A stretch of 64,000 nt of DNA from Trichoplax adhaerens (taxonomy: Eukaryota; Animalia; Placozoa): positions 3,051,183-3,115,182 of the forward strand of contig NW_002060948.1 of NCBI RefSeq assembly GCF_000150275.1, in the 5' to 3' direction. Positions 35,201-48,760 of the stretch are shown here, in pieces (position 1 is the first letter of the stretch; each line of letters opens with the position of its first letter). Position numbers and translations under genes: made by a program. The notes beneath the pieces are model-generated. The model saw only the letters and a list, made by a program, of their open reading frames with translations. It ran no database searches and was not told the DNA's origin.

Positions 35201-37252
35201 CAGTGGTACAGGGACTACGAAAAGGAAAGACTTATTTAGCATGTACAGTAGTCTTTAAAACCAGCCAATTATACTCATATTTGAGTTGTGTCAGAGTTAA
35301 AATATCACACTTTGAAAATCCAACGGTAAAAAAAACATCGTAGCCATTAGCAGTCGAGATAATCCATGGGAAGGATTACTAAGCTTGGCGATCACTCCAA
35401 TGTTGAAAATTTCAAACATCAATCGTACAACACATTGCATCGACTAAATTCATCCTTAATATGGAGTGATACACATTGACAAGGCTGACATTACTGATAT
35501 TAATTTGTAGTTCTATCGACAACAGTAGACAAATATCCAAGTTAAATCACAAAGTGTCAAAAAAAACGACTTTATCAAAATGCGATGAAGATTAGGTTAT
35601 GGCAGAGAAAGAGGGAGGGTTGCTCATACGCTTTGATAATTATAATTAATATATAATCAAGATGAAGCTGTAAACTGCTTAAATATCAAAGACAATGCAT
35701 TGAATTTTGGGGCAAAAACAAGGGAAAAAGAATGATTGATACTTTGGCTATTTTACAAGGCTATCCAAAGTATAATTTTTGAATGAGTTCCTCATAATAA
35801 GGCGACGAAGAATAATTCAATTCGTTATACTCTTACGTTGCCTGGTAGCTATTCTACCATTTCAACGGAATAGGATGAGATTGTATAGTCGATACCACTT
35901 TATGATTTGCCAATTTTAAGTAAGCTAAACTACTACTCATCAAATAGTATGTTGCTCACATTAAATGTACTGAACATTATCATCAATTGTCATGTCACAA
36001 AGTAAATTATTAACTAGTGTACTACTCAAGTGCTCATACTCGACGATGGTTGCAAATAGCTAATAAGTAAATTGTCAGAATAAAACTTGAAAAAATAATT
36101 AATGTCATTAAAATAAACTCATGTATAATCATTTTTACTACAATCATCGAATCTTAATCGATGGTATGATGTGATTCAATTTTACAACAGATATTATTAT
36201 AATTATTCCATGGTAATCGAAAATGATACTGGCGTTCGCTACGTGTAGTCATGGTCGTGATTACTCGACTGGAGTAAAATGTGGCAAGATCGCTTCGACA
36301 CCCATTTTAGACGATTCAAGCTGTTGTTGCTAAAGAATTAACTCTCACAAAGTTTACGATCAAACTTTACGCTAGCTAGATGTAAAAATCAAATAAACTA
36401 AGTTGGGTCAACAAATAGATATTGTTAGACTTAGCGAAACGATAACTTTTGGGGTGTGATATTGGTGGTCAACTGAAAAAGTGTTCTGCACGATTGAGCC
36501 TGTCACTCATTTAGGTTATTCAATCGCGTTGATTCAAAATAATAATACTGTATCCCAGTCTATTTCAATATACTGCATCGATGCTTGCTATAAAGATGAA
36601 GACAATCTTGTTAGCTATTTCTAACGCTATAAAATTGTTCTTTTCAGTAGATAAAAATATTATCTTACTACTGAACATGAACAAAACAGTACAATTTTAA
36701 TGCGGCTCAAGTCAGCCTACTTAGACTGGAGTGGTATTGATGTCGTCAACTTTTACCGCTTGACTTGGCTATCCAATAATTATGACTACCGACCTTCATT
36801 AAAGCACCCTTGTATATTACAAGATCCATATTGTTCGACACTCTAATGTATAGCTCAAGAATATGCTATGCTTGATCTAAATGGTGCCTAATCATTAAAA
36901 AAGTTTCTCCTCCATCAAGTCAATTCATTATGAATGGTTGTAGAAATTGAGTCCCCCAAAAATATTGTACTCAATCTATTGATAACGTCGACTAAGCATA
37001 ATTAGTACAGTACATTGAATCAATTTATTCATTCTATTTTTTTTTTTGGATGTATCTTCTCTGCCTATACATATCATCATCCACTTACCCAAATTCTTCA
37101 TCTTTGACTTCGAAATAATATCGACAATTTTTCTTATTAAGACCAGATTTAATATCGGCCAGTGTAACTTTACTCGATTCAATTGATAATTCCACCAAGT
37201 ACGGTGTTTTCTCACCGTCGATATGATATAAAACTTTAGTCCCATCGGCCAT
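26201..37252 (-). CDS. DVL: Dishevelled (DIX-PDZ-DEP), 18 coding exons, ~839 aa with a long Ser/Gly/Lys/Asn-rich tail
   Basis: Hand-spliced exons (GT-AG, frame conserved, 2520 nt): 37089-37252, 31836-31905, 30858-31051, 30424-30464, 30103-30150, 29613-29736, 29113-29206, 28870-28939, 28664-28751, 28519-28570, 28370-28446, 28210-28277, 28031-28090, 27823-27933, 27584-27727, 27409-27497, 27230-27308, 26201-27147. DIX: [16 protein letters not shown]...DEEFGIVRKEV. PDZ: [10 protein letters not shown]...[23 protein letters not shown]. Also [11 protein letters not shown]: [21 protein letters not shown]...[21 protein letters not shown]. Low-complexity linker exons are less certain than domain exons. 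Confidence 0.95.
33498..33706. repeat. Tandem repeat, 69-70 bp unit, 3 near-identical copies (Dvl intron 1)
   Basis: TTACGCGATGATGRATATTCAAAATAAT...GGAGAATTGTGTTTTAATCCCC with CGCG at 33501, 33571 and 33640; explains the repetitive ORF 33482-33808. Confidence 0.95.
34512..34835. repeat. Diverged direct duplication (~140 bp x2) in Dvl intron 1
   Basis: ATGGCYAATCCATCCAAAAT..GCTATATAGC.CTTGGTGAT..ATGATTGGATATATAGT..GTTAGTCAC..TGTAC..ATCGCTTTCCAATCGA at ~34512 and ~34698. Confidence 0.88.
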
Positions 37253-37732
37253 CTTCGCCAACGGTTGTAGATCGACACAGTTGCGAAGTTGGTAATGCTT
37301 TTTCTTAATTTGCTCGGATCGACCTATTTTTATTGATTCGTAATGGTTATTTCCAGTTTCTTCTACGATCAATTTAGCCAGGTGCAAGAAAGTTGCCCTT
37401 TGTGTACGATGATGGAGAGATAATCTTATCTGCAGAATCTTTTTTCTTCCCCCCTAATGCTCGAGTGTAATTTGTTCGTCAATCAACCAGCGTGTATGAC
37501 TAATCGCCTTTTCGAACTTGTTTATTGTACTCGACAAGACATAGATCATAAGTTTCTACCATCCACTTAGACTGGATTCCTCATCATAGTCAGTCTAGTG
37601 TATATCCAGATCTATTATTGTCTATCGTATTATTGTCATTGTGGCCTATTTTTATGCTAAATACCCCATCTAGACCGTTACCATCATCATTCAACTCGAT
37701 ATCTGTATATGACAATTGCTAACGGTAGCCAC

Positions 37733-37757
37733 ACGCCAATCACAATCATCACGTGCC
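37733..37757. promoter_or_regulatory. Candidate Dvl proximal promoter elements (CCAAT box and E-box)
   Basis: GCCAATCA adjacent to TCACGTG about 500 bp upstream of the Dvl ATG; motif match only. Confidence 0.3.
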
Positions 37758-40700
37758 TTGGAAAACAAATAAAACGGCGACATTATTTGGCGACATCAAA
37801 GACAATAATATTGTTTAAGTTAACGACTGGCTGGAACTAATAGTATTATTACAGTAATATGGGGTAGTGGGTGAGACAATAATAAGAATACAATCACTTG
37901 GATTTTAAAGATGATGATGTATTTGTCCTGATGAGTATATTTAATACTTTCCACCTTGCTATTATTCTTACTAACTGATTACCAGCCAACTACTGGGCTT
38001 ATTGTTCATCACATTAATCAAATCAAATTCATATTTGACTGATTATAGTAAGCGATCATTTAACTCGTCGCCTTTTTCGAACTATTCCATAAATCAAAAT
38101 GAATTCGTAATTAGTTGGAAAATATGGTAGAAACAGTGAGGTGCATTGTTGGAGGACTGTACGTAGTTTATTCTTTCTTGATTCTCTCTTACTTGTATAG
38201 AGACTGTAGAATATTTACTTAGGTCGATGGATGAGTGTGTGTAAGAGAGAGAGAGAGATCATGATGATATATTGACGTGATACACTGTTATGAAGATCGA
38301 TTATACCAGCATTCGCTACAGTTGGCGATCATCCAGTCAACAAATAGAAAACTACATATTTCAATCGCTACTCCTCGACCATCATTATTATTATCATTTA
38401 TAATCATGTAGTACTTTACTGTTGCAGTCATCTTCGGCAACCATTGCATAACATGATTTGAATTTGGAAGTTTTAGCATAATACAGCGAATCAAAAGAAG
38501 GTTATCCATTATAAAGATTATTTCAGATCATTCGCTGTTGTACCATGATTTTGCATCTCGGTGCTAATATTGCGATAATCAGTTCCAATCATTTTGGCCG
38601 TGTAGATAAGACACTAAAGACAATATCACTATATACTATCTATTCTCTTGCGCTAAACAGTATATTAAATACATTACTCGTTTTTCTATCAATCATTTCC
38701 ATTAAGTAAGTAAACATAATCACTAGATGTTCAAGTTAGTGTCACGTCCAATAAAAGTAAAGGATTCCTTTTTTTTTGATTCAACTCCATCAAGTTACTG
38801 TACAGTATGTTTTAAATTACATGATGAAAGATCAACCTGACTCATTGAGATGTAACTAATAAGTTCAATGACAAAAGACAATCCATTCGCTAAACATTTT
38901 ACTATATATATAGCGATATCGTCAATCAATATATTCATAGAATTAGCAAAATCTTCATCAATTGACAACTGTTTTTTTATTATCTTCCTTTACTTTTGAA
39001 ATCTCCTAGACTTATACAGCAAATCATTATCAATAGAACAGACATCATGGATGTATTGTCTGTCATATTCTAAGCTATAATAACGATTGTATTTTTAACG
39101 ATAATATGAAGTGACAATAAAGGCTGCTAGTGTATACAGAAGCCGGTCCATTAATTCCGACGATAAAGAATGCAGGAAGTACAGCCATTAATTCCCCATA
39201 CGGTATATGATTACCTCTACCATCATTTAAAATTGTATTGACCCTCAATCAATGAAGTCAACTCTCACCCGTAACAAATATTTCGAAAATGCTACCGTAA
39301 TTGAAAGTATTCAAAGCAACATAAACATGTACAGTATGCTAACGTATTGCAAATAACCTACATTAGTACATAATCAATCATTTTTCTACATCAAGTCAAA
39401 ACTATATCCCAATTCAATATTTTAATGTATTTCAAATAGTTCATAAAGGAGTTAAAGTTGATGAAAGGCGTGGTGTAGCCAAAGGTGTGGCAGAATCACG
39501 ATCGTTAGTTAGACTAGAGAATAATGCTAGACTAAACATTATTAATAAAGAGGTATTGTTGTTTGTCTTGCAATAGTAAAATGACATAATTTTAATCGAT
39601 AACTGTAGGATTAAATTAAACTTATTCACCCTGTCTAGGCTAAATCACGGGTTGACCAATTGATTATTGGCATCCTCCTAATCATTAATTTAGTAGTCAC
39701 CATTTGATAAAACGTGCGAAAACAAGCTATCTAATACTTGCATGTGCGATAAATTAGAGCTAGATATGATTACACATTTAACTATCGCTACCTATCGGAA
39801 AGTGTAAACACCGACAACAAAGGAACAATAAGATAGACGGATGCTAAAGACGTAGCATGATATTATAGCCAGTTATTAACGTTTGAATTCTATTTTCAAC
39901 TCTATAGTATCCATGATTATCAAGAATAAAATCAATCTTGTTGAATCCATGATATCCTTTTTTACTTGAATAAAATTGCAACATTTTGACATACGCGTAG
40001 ATTAAAATAAATCTTGGTAAAATTGACATCAATATCCCGGATTATAATTCAACAAATCTATCAACAACAAGACAATCAACTCAATAAATCAACGATGGTG
40101 AAGGGAAAACTTTTCCTTATTAATTATTGAATTCGTTAAAGATAATGTTCACTTCGTAACCTACTAATAGACTTATAATAAAGAATAACCTACTAAATCG
40201 TATTTTCACATTGATAAGGTTTAGGAAATTGTTGTCAGGCGTCTGAACGAATAATCTCATTTTGTAACCTTTCTCTCTTTCTCTCTTTCTCTCTTTATTA
40301 CAAAAACGAACAACTATTAGCAATTTATTTTAATCTTTAAAGAAAGAAAGTCCCTTTTATATCATTATAAAGAAAGAAATGATGAACTGTAGTTGCTGAC
40401 TTGAGAGTTAACATTTAAGGATATCACCATTATTTATGCTCTGTATTTCGTATGCAGAATAGAGATGTTACAATAGTGGTTTTATTGTGGAGTAACTTTC
40501 CGATATAGCTATACCTTTAAATCTTAGCATGACATAATATTTTAAGGAAATATGTTTATGATACCAGTGAGTCAAACCGGATGATGACAATCAATGAATC
40601 TAATTAAAGATTTATGGAATATTGGCAAGTCATTAGTTATAGCCAAATCAGCCACCGGGATATTTACATTTAATTTAACTTATTGTGATGAATTTTTTAC

Positions 40701-42401
40701 TGCTACACTTGTCACTTGATCATGAAAATATCAATTCATCTCTACAATCAATATGATGCAAAATGATTAAATTTCCTTTTGTTACAGCTTGGTAGTTATT
40801 TATACAATCATGAATGATGCTTCGCTTGTGGCAAGGGCTATTAAAACTAATAATACTCAACCATATGACCTTAACGAAATGTAGTTGTCCTTTCCAACTT
40901 TCAAGTGCTCGAACATAACCAGGGCAGCATCTGTTACATTAGCCATGCTACTGCGATCCATTATTGTTATGCGGTATGATGATTTATCACCTTATTCAAT
41001 TTACAATTAAAACTAACAGCATAGTACTGAAAATTACAGTATTCATGTACCTCGGTAGAGCCAAATCCTACTTTTACTCTGGATGAAAGGTTATAAACTA
41101 AATCTTTTATAAAATATCAATAAAATAAATACAACTCCCTATGACACGACAGTTAATAATTATGCTCTACGATATCAATTAAAGCGAATGATGTAACTCT
41201 TAACCAACCCAAACATTGCATGTTATGTTTTATTCTGGTTATTCCAATTAAAATAAGCAATATCATGCCGCCTCCTTCGCAAACATGAATACGAAATAAT
41301 TGCCCATTAACTGGTATTGAATTGTAATTTTCCAGTTTTTATTTCACGCATGGATTAATTGCAGATCAATGTAAATCCAGGATAATCATTTCACACCCAT
41401 CCATCAATAGAAAATAATACTGGTAGACAGTATCAATAAACGATGACTCATACTGTTCTATCATGGCGCGATTGTCTAAATTATCTCTTTAGACTCTTTA
41501 TAACTACAATTTTTCTTTACAATATAAACGTGAGATATAGAAAACTAAATTCACTTTATTTTTGTTACGCTTACTATTTGACAAATTACGAATTATACAA
41601 ATGGTTCATTATCGTAGGTATGTACGTACATACTAAAATACTGTACTTTGCTATATAATTAATCAATAACAAAGAAGTGACGTGTGTAACAAATTTATAT
41701 CTTATATCTATTTGCAATATCAGATAAGAACATCAAAAAAGATGATATACTTAATTAATAGCGATTTTTTATCAATTCGGTAAATTCTTAAGAACACATT
41801 TTGTCGCACAAAAATGAATTTAAATCTAACAAGAAATCTTAACGTAACGGGAAGCGTATCCTAACGAGTTTAAAAATGACTCTGACGATAAGTTTTAGCG
41901 TGCGATACGCTACTAAATATTTTCGTTAAAGTCTACACTTTCTTTTCTAGACATGATACAACAGACGATTGTAGAATAATAATACTGTACATCTACAGCA
42001 TTAAATCGGGTATGTCAGTACCTGTAAAATCTTACATAATTGCGCATGTTTGATTTTAATGCAGCTTTGATCAGAAAAAATTATAATGTTAATCTTAATA
42101 GACTTCAATGATGCTTTTACGGACTATTCCATAAGTATACACATGTTTTTTACACGCTATTTTCTTACAAAAAAATACATTATTAGCACGAAATTTAAAC
42201 ATCACGTTGTTTCAATTAGCATTGTACAGAAGATAGTTTCCAGAATTCAAATTTAGTAACCTACTATAACATATGAAGCCTTATGCTTTGCCAATTGATT
42301 AAAACTTACTGATGTATTAGCATGCAAACTAGATACGAAATAATATGCAAGTTTCAATTCTTGGATGATAATCAATCATGTTGTTATGGCTCCGTTCGTA
42401 T

Positions 42402-45400
42402 TTAAGAATTAATTAATCGAGTACGTTCATCTGCAACGGATTCATAATCAGGTGGTGACAGTAACTTTTCAGTATCTCTTAGGGGTGTGGCTTCTGGAAG
42501 ATCAAAAATTCTCAAAAGCAGTCCCCTCTTTCTGAAGAATGGCCCAACCAGCAAATCATTATATACACATGTTCCGATAATCAGCATTACAAAACCGATT
42601 ATCTGCAAGTACTGAAACTTCTCCCACATTGCAATCAATCCTACAGCCCAAATGATCATTGTTCGTAGACTATCTAGTACCATACGCGTTGTTGCATTCA
42701 TTTCCTTGGTAACACTAATACCAGAGAAATTAAAGAAAGCAATACTGATAATGTTGCCAATCATTGCGATTACAATGATTTTAGAATTGCCCATTTGGCA
42801 GAAAGCATCGAGTGCATCTTCCAAACGAAATTGGGGAGAATGACTAAACATTTCGTTAGCGTGAATGAAATAGAATGGAATTAATAAGATGCCTAAAATA
42901 AAAAATCCAAAAAATCCTTCCCATCCAACAGCTTGCAAAGGCGGAACATTATAACGCAATACAAATCGTTCTTCGTAGCACATTTGAATGGCAACAATAA
43001 TTTGGGCCATAATGATGATCATATCACCTAATAGATAAAATATTCGAATATTAATTATTATAGGGACCGTTACATAATAGATATCATCCCTGCAGGTTCT
43101 CAACTACTAAAATTCATTTCAAAAATTTCACATTTTGTAACCGAAGTCAAAGATTATTAGAAAAGGAACTTTTTCTAGCAGTCTTTGCTTAAACGAATAC
43201 TAGCACATTCAATTAGATAATTTAAGTGCTCGTAAATAAAGCACACAAATAGTAAAAATATCATCAAAAACAAATAATAATTAGCACATTATTACATACA
43301 ATACACATATTTGCTGTATTACAGTCGACTTATTTTGATTCAATACCTGACTTTCAAACGATTAGCACTTTGAAAGGTTTACACAATAATTATTTTCTCT
43401 AATTCCATCAAACTAGTTGTATTGATATACTGAATCTATTCGTGATCTCATCCAAATATGCTACTATTTTTCAACTGCTCGACGGTTTTTACATACCATT
43501 CTAGTGTTAATAAATACCTTATTAAATATCATAAGTTATAAGATCATTTACAAACAAATGCTATCAAACTAGACATAATACATACCGGAAAGTGGATAAG
43601 GCGCACTATGTTTAGTAGTGTCTTTATTGAATAAAATATCTGATAGACCAACAACTGCTAAGCCAATGATAATAGTAAACATTCCCAACCACTGGAATGG
43701 GCGAAGAACACGGTGCAAGAAACCAACCGATAATAATCCAGTAAATATAATAACACTACCACGTAGCATCTAAAGTACGAGAAAAAATATTTACTATGTA
43801 AGTATATCATGCAACGTTGCGAGTATACAAATCGAATATTGGTATACTTATATTTCACGGGCACATTAAAAGCCAGATAATTATAATATATTCTGTAAAA
43901 CGTGTGCAGACAACACATGCATTCGAATAGTGAAAAGTGTTTATCAACCAGCTTGTCCAATTTACATATGAATAACTTGTTCATTTATAAACAATTTGTG
44001 TCATAAAAATATATTATAAATTTTCATTTTTAATTTATACACGATTAAACGATGATGAAGAAAGCTAGTCACAATCATTAGCGGCCGATATATCGATTCT
44101 ATAGCTGATTAAAAACTTGATATCTAAGAATTAAATACAAGGTACGTGCATTCTTACAATTAGTATTTATAAATTGTTTAAATATATAATTATATTAGCG
44201 ATACGCCTGTACAAATTGTACGTAGCAATGAACAATTCCTTAAGATATAACCGATTTATAGCGATCAATTATATTTAACACTATGCATGCTAATACTGTG
44301 ACTGAAGACTAATATAGGCGTACAGTATTTTAGGATCTAATGTAATTTAGGATATTCAACAAACATGTATTAAGTATTAAGCTACTAAACTGATCTTATA
44401 GTATATCAAACTAGTCGATAATAGTATCGTAAGATACGATGATTAACCTGGTTATTAATTCACGAAATTCAGTTCATATATTCCAACTAATCGTCACAAT
44501 TAAAACAAGTGGTTACATCTCTTAAGTTATAGCGAATTTTCATGATAAAATTTGTACCTACTTAATATTTATTAAATAACTCCAAACAGTTTATTAAGAG
44601 TATTTAAAATCCTTGCTTGTCACCATAACTATGCGCAAAAACGCGTAAAAATGTCTGCTGCACTAGACGTACACATACTCGTTTTATACTGTGTGTAATT
44701 ATTATTACTATTCGTTCTACTCAAGTAGCTAAAACCAATTTATAGAATTTCGACAAAAGCAGTTTTAACTTTTTAAAATCATAGCCATAAGCATAACTTA
44801 GGGCTGTTACGTTCCATATCGTATGTATGAATTCGTGTTTGCAACAAAACTTTAACTAATTTCTTTAGTACAGTGATATCGACTCAATTCGTTTACTGTG
44901 ATATGAAGTATTCATACAATGTAGTAAATATACTAACAAGTATTAAATTATACATCCAAATCGGAACACATAAATTATAGGATAAAAGTTAGCTAGCTCT
45001 AGTTCTATAAAGCGTTATTAGTTACCGAACATTACCTGAAAGCTCGATGCATATGTCATATTCAACCCGATGTACATCAATGATGTTGCGGTCATATCGC
45101 AACAAGCAGCAGGCAAGAAAACAATTGGATTGAATGTTTGGCTTCCGATATCAATAGCTTTATTGCGACGCTTGGCGACAAATACTGTCAATTTAAAAAC
45201 CAACAGGCAAGAAAGTTCTCCAATAAACATACAACAAGCCTATGAAATTACCAATTGCTTACATAAGAATTTTAATTTAATAAAATTTTAAAATAGTCTG
45301 TAGTCATTTTATTTTGGTAATCACAGATAGAACAAAATGTTGCTTCAACGCTATATTTGCACAGTTAATACTGAGTTCTTTTCAAGGCAATTGCAGAACA

Positions 45401-47222
45401 AGCCAACTTCTGCAAGGATAACCGGAATAAGTAGAGTCTGATTATATTAGCCATCAATGCATTAAAAGTGCATCTGTGAAATGCAGACATTATAAAAATT
45501 TGCATTTGTCAACGTTGCACAATTGCAACATGATATCAACGAAGTAAATACGCGTATCTATCCGAGTACAACATATTGCAAGTGAAAATATCAGTAAAAA
45601 CCATTAAAATCAGTTATTTAATATTATCGAGATAAACTAATGATACATACTTGAGATTCTACTGAGCAATACGTATAGCCGCCATTGACTGTATGTAGCA
45701 TGCACTCGTACACTCAGGCGTACAGTATAGATTTCTTACGAGTCCAGTTCAATATACAGTACAGTAAAAAAATTGGGGAATATCAGTTGCAAACCAGGGT
45801 GCGACTGTATTGCTATAACTAGCTGCATGTCCAGGCAGGCAGGAGGCAACTGCATTTTACGATATCTACCTTACGGATTCATACTGTACAATCTCGTACT
45901 ACTTGTTCGCACAGATAGTATTCAATATGCCGATGTATTAATTAATATTGCAGTAGTTCGTACATACTGTATTATGTGAAATTAATATATCGATACGTAC
46001 TTTGGATAAACCATATGCTCATATATTATAATCAGTCGCTACAGACAGTTACTTTTATTATTATTATTATCATTTCTATATCGTAGAAAATGGTTTTGGA
46101 GAAAGTTAGTGATGTACGTATACTAGATTTCATATAAAAGGTACTACCTCAAAATCTTTCAAGTACAACTCTACCATAGGTTAGCATACATCTACGCTAA
46201 ACAAATTCGTGCTAATTTTAGCCTTTCAATTTGTAATGATCCACAGTGACAGTATCGTATCAGTAATGTACTCATCTACGCGTATAAATAAGGCCACAAA
46301 GTTGTTCTATCTCAATACTGTCCATCGATTTACAGCATTACTGTACTGCACTATAGAGTCTGTATGCACATATGATGTCTATTATAACGGTAAGGCTAAA
46401 TTATTCGTATTTGATGGAATTATTGATCAAATGGGATAAGAATAATTAATACATCGATAATTAAGATAAGCATTAATACACCATTCTAGTTCAAATTAAA
46501 CACTTTTCATTTATGACCACTATACCTGAAAAAAGGGATGATCAAATGGATGAGATGGGTAATTATTACATCCCTTTGCACTTTGCCGATCAGCCCATCT
46601 AGTCATTTAAGCAGACAAATTGAGTTTCTGGTCAGATTACTTGGTTAAGATGAACAAATAAATACTGCGGTCATAACATAAGATAAACATCGTTCAAAAA
46701 TGTTTACGAAGGACAAAATGACTAATGCAGCATGCCCTCAGCATTTAGGATATTATTAGGTCATCTGCAAGGAACTATTTGACCGCGTTGATACACTGTA
46801 CAAGTACTTTGATTAATTGTAATGGTATTCAATTCAATAATAATAATAATAATATCAATAACTAATAGCTACCGTAGACGTTGACTCTACTGTCATAACT
46901 ATTATTGAAATTGACTATCAATTCACTTCCGCTAATGAATATCTTTAGCGAATAAGATCGAATAGAAGTATCTATGCACTAAACATCGCAGCACTCAATA
47001 AGCCAATAGTAACAGAAACTATCCTTCCTTTCCTTTTCATTCTCCTATTTTATGCTGCAATAGACTTAGTGGATTGACATTAATTTACTGAATGTTGCTA
47101 TTCCCAAATTCCGATAACACACAGAAGCACTGGCGACATATGACTTACTTTGTTGATAAAGTGTTAATGGACCCAGTCACTAACATTAATCCAGCCAGAA
47201 ACCACTGATATTTGGTAAACAT
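42402..47222 (-). CDS. SLC35F6: Solute carrier family 35 member F6-like (DMT/nucleotide-sugar transporter fold), 5 exons, ~386 aa
   Basis: Exons 47149-47222, 46526-46598, 45036-45239, 43586-43769, 42402-43027 (1161 nt, in frame). N-terminus MFTKYQWFLAGLMLVTGSINTLSTKWAD...FDHPFFQ..MFIGE, and FLPAACCDM, ASSFQMLRG, PLQAVGWEG, SIAFFNFSGISVTKEMNATTRMVLDSLRT are diagnostic of the family. Confidence 0.93.
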
Positions 47223-47345
47223 ATTTCTTTCCTACCACTGTTTGCTATCACTGTAATCCAATTTGGGTGTCGAGTCGACTCTTCAATGGTGGAAAGGAGG
47301 CAGAAAAATGAGTGAAATGATCAATTTATTATCCGCCTTGACGTC

Positions 47346-48760
47346 AGTACTGTACCGTGTACAGTCGAACGATACTACAGTAGATCTCCTTTTCGTAGTC
47401 CCTGGTAGTGCGTATGCAGAGGCCTACTACTGTACTGTACGTCCAATCGTATAGCAGTTGTGCGATAGATTGAGTCAAAAGAGTACGATGCAGTTGAGAA
47501 CCGTCCACCGACCTACCTGGTTCGGAACATGCGTGCAGGTCCCGTGACTTTCATTTTTTTTACAGTACCTCGGACCACTGTCCTATCCTGTATACTGTAG
47601 CTCACCGTACTGTACAGTACTGTACTGTACTGTACAGAATGTGCATTCCCCTGTACGTACAGTACAGTACAGTACACAAGCCTTCAAGGTAAAGTACTGT
47701 ACTGTACTGACACGTGTACAGTACATTAGCGAGGGTCGTAATCCATTTTTTTTCTTTTATTTACCTCTATGGTCATCAATCGTCATGTACCAGGGACTTC
47801 TGACTGGACCGTAGTTGTTATACTGTACAGTATTTCGCCTTCTCTTCGCATAACGCCTTATCTACAGGAGGATGCAGAAAATCCGAAAATTACAGCATTT
47901 CAAGGACAAGGGGACGATCATGATATACAGTACTGTAGTACAGTACTGTACAGTGTACAGTACATGTCACACTCATACTGTACAGTGTACAGTACACATC
48001 TTCTTGGTCGTTGACGCATCGTTGACTGCGTTCGTTGACCAAAGAGCAATGATTCCGTTTAGTGCACATGTGCAGTTAAAGCAACTCTACCAACAAGGGC
48101 CAGTCATCAACATGACTTGCAAAAATTTTCTACCACTCCTCATCCACAGTAGTAACGGTACTGATTTCCATCGAGATATTTTTGACAGTACAGTACTGTA
48201 TACTGAAGTCAGTGTACTGTACACTGTAAAGTATACACGTATCGTACTGTACACTGAGTGTACAGTACTGTACTGTACCATCACAAACACGTGAGATGGC
48301 CAACGGTACTGTACACTGTACAGTAGTGCTGTAGACGTCGAGCGATTGGACGTCCAACTGTATGTATAGAATTTAAGGCAAATTTTGCAACTTTACTACA
48401 ATTTATTTTGCCTAATAGCACTCTAAAGAGAACTGGCTCGCACCGTACAGTATAGTCTTACAGTATACCGTACTGTACAGTGTACTGTACACTGTGTACT
48501 GTACGTTGGTACTGTACAGTACGTTCAATGAACGTCCGACGTTCAAATTGGACGTTCGTACGTTCGTTCATTAAAACTGGCTAACGTCCACAGTACTACT
48601 GTACAATACCTTGAGGTCTGTACTGCTCGGAGTACTGTACTGTAAGGTTTCCGCTAAGTACTGTACTGCACAGTACAGTACTGTACTGTACACTGTAAAT
48701 GAAGCGGATTAAAGAAAGAGTTTATTATACTGTACTGTACTGTAGTACAGTACTGTACAA
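47346..48760. repeat. Large (GTACW)n island upstream of SLC35F6, interleaved with GC-richer unique blocks
   Basis: Clusters of TACTG/TACAG pentamers at ~47346-47363, 47425-47441, 47607-47725, 47926-47996, 48185-48330, 48444-48522 and 48590-48760; begins about 120 bp upstream of the ATG. Confidence 0.9.

Noticed and set aside
47480-47560. B-box-like GGTTCGGAAC followed by a T8 run (possible Pol III gene)
   Set aside because: No A box or cloverleaf and no similarity to a snRNA or tRNA that I can recognise.
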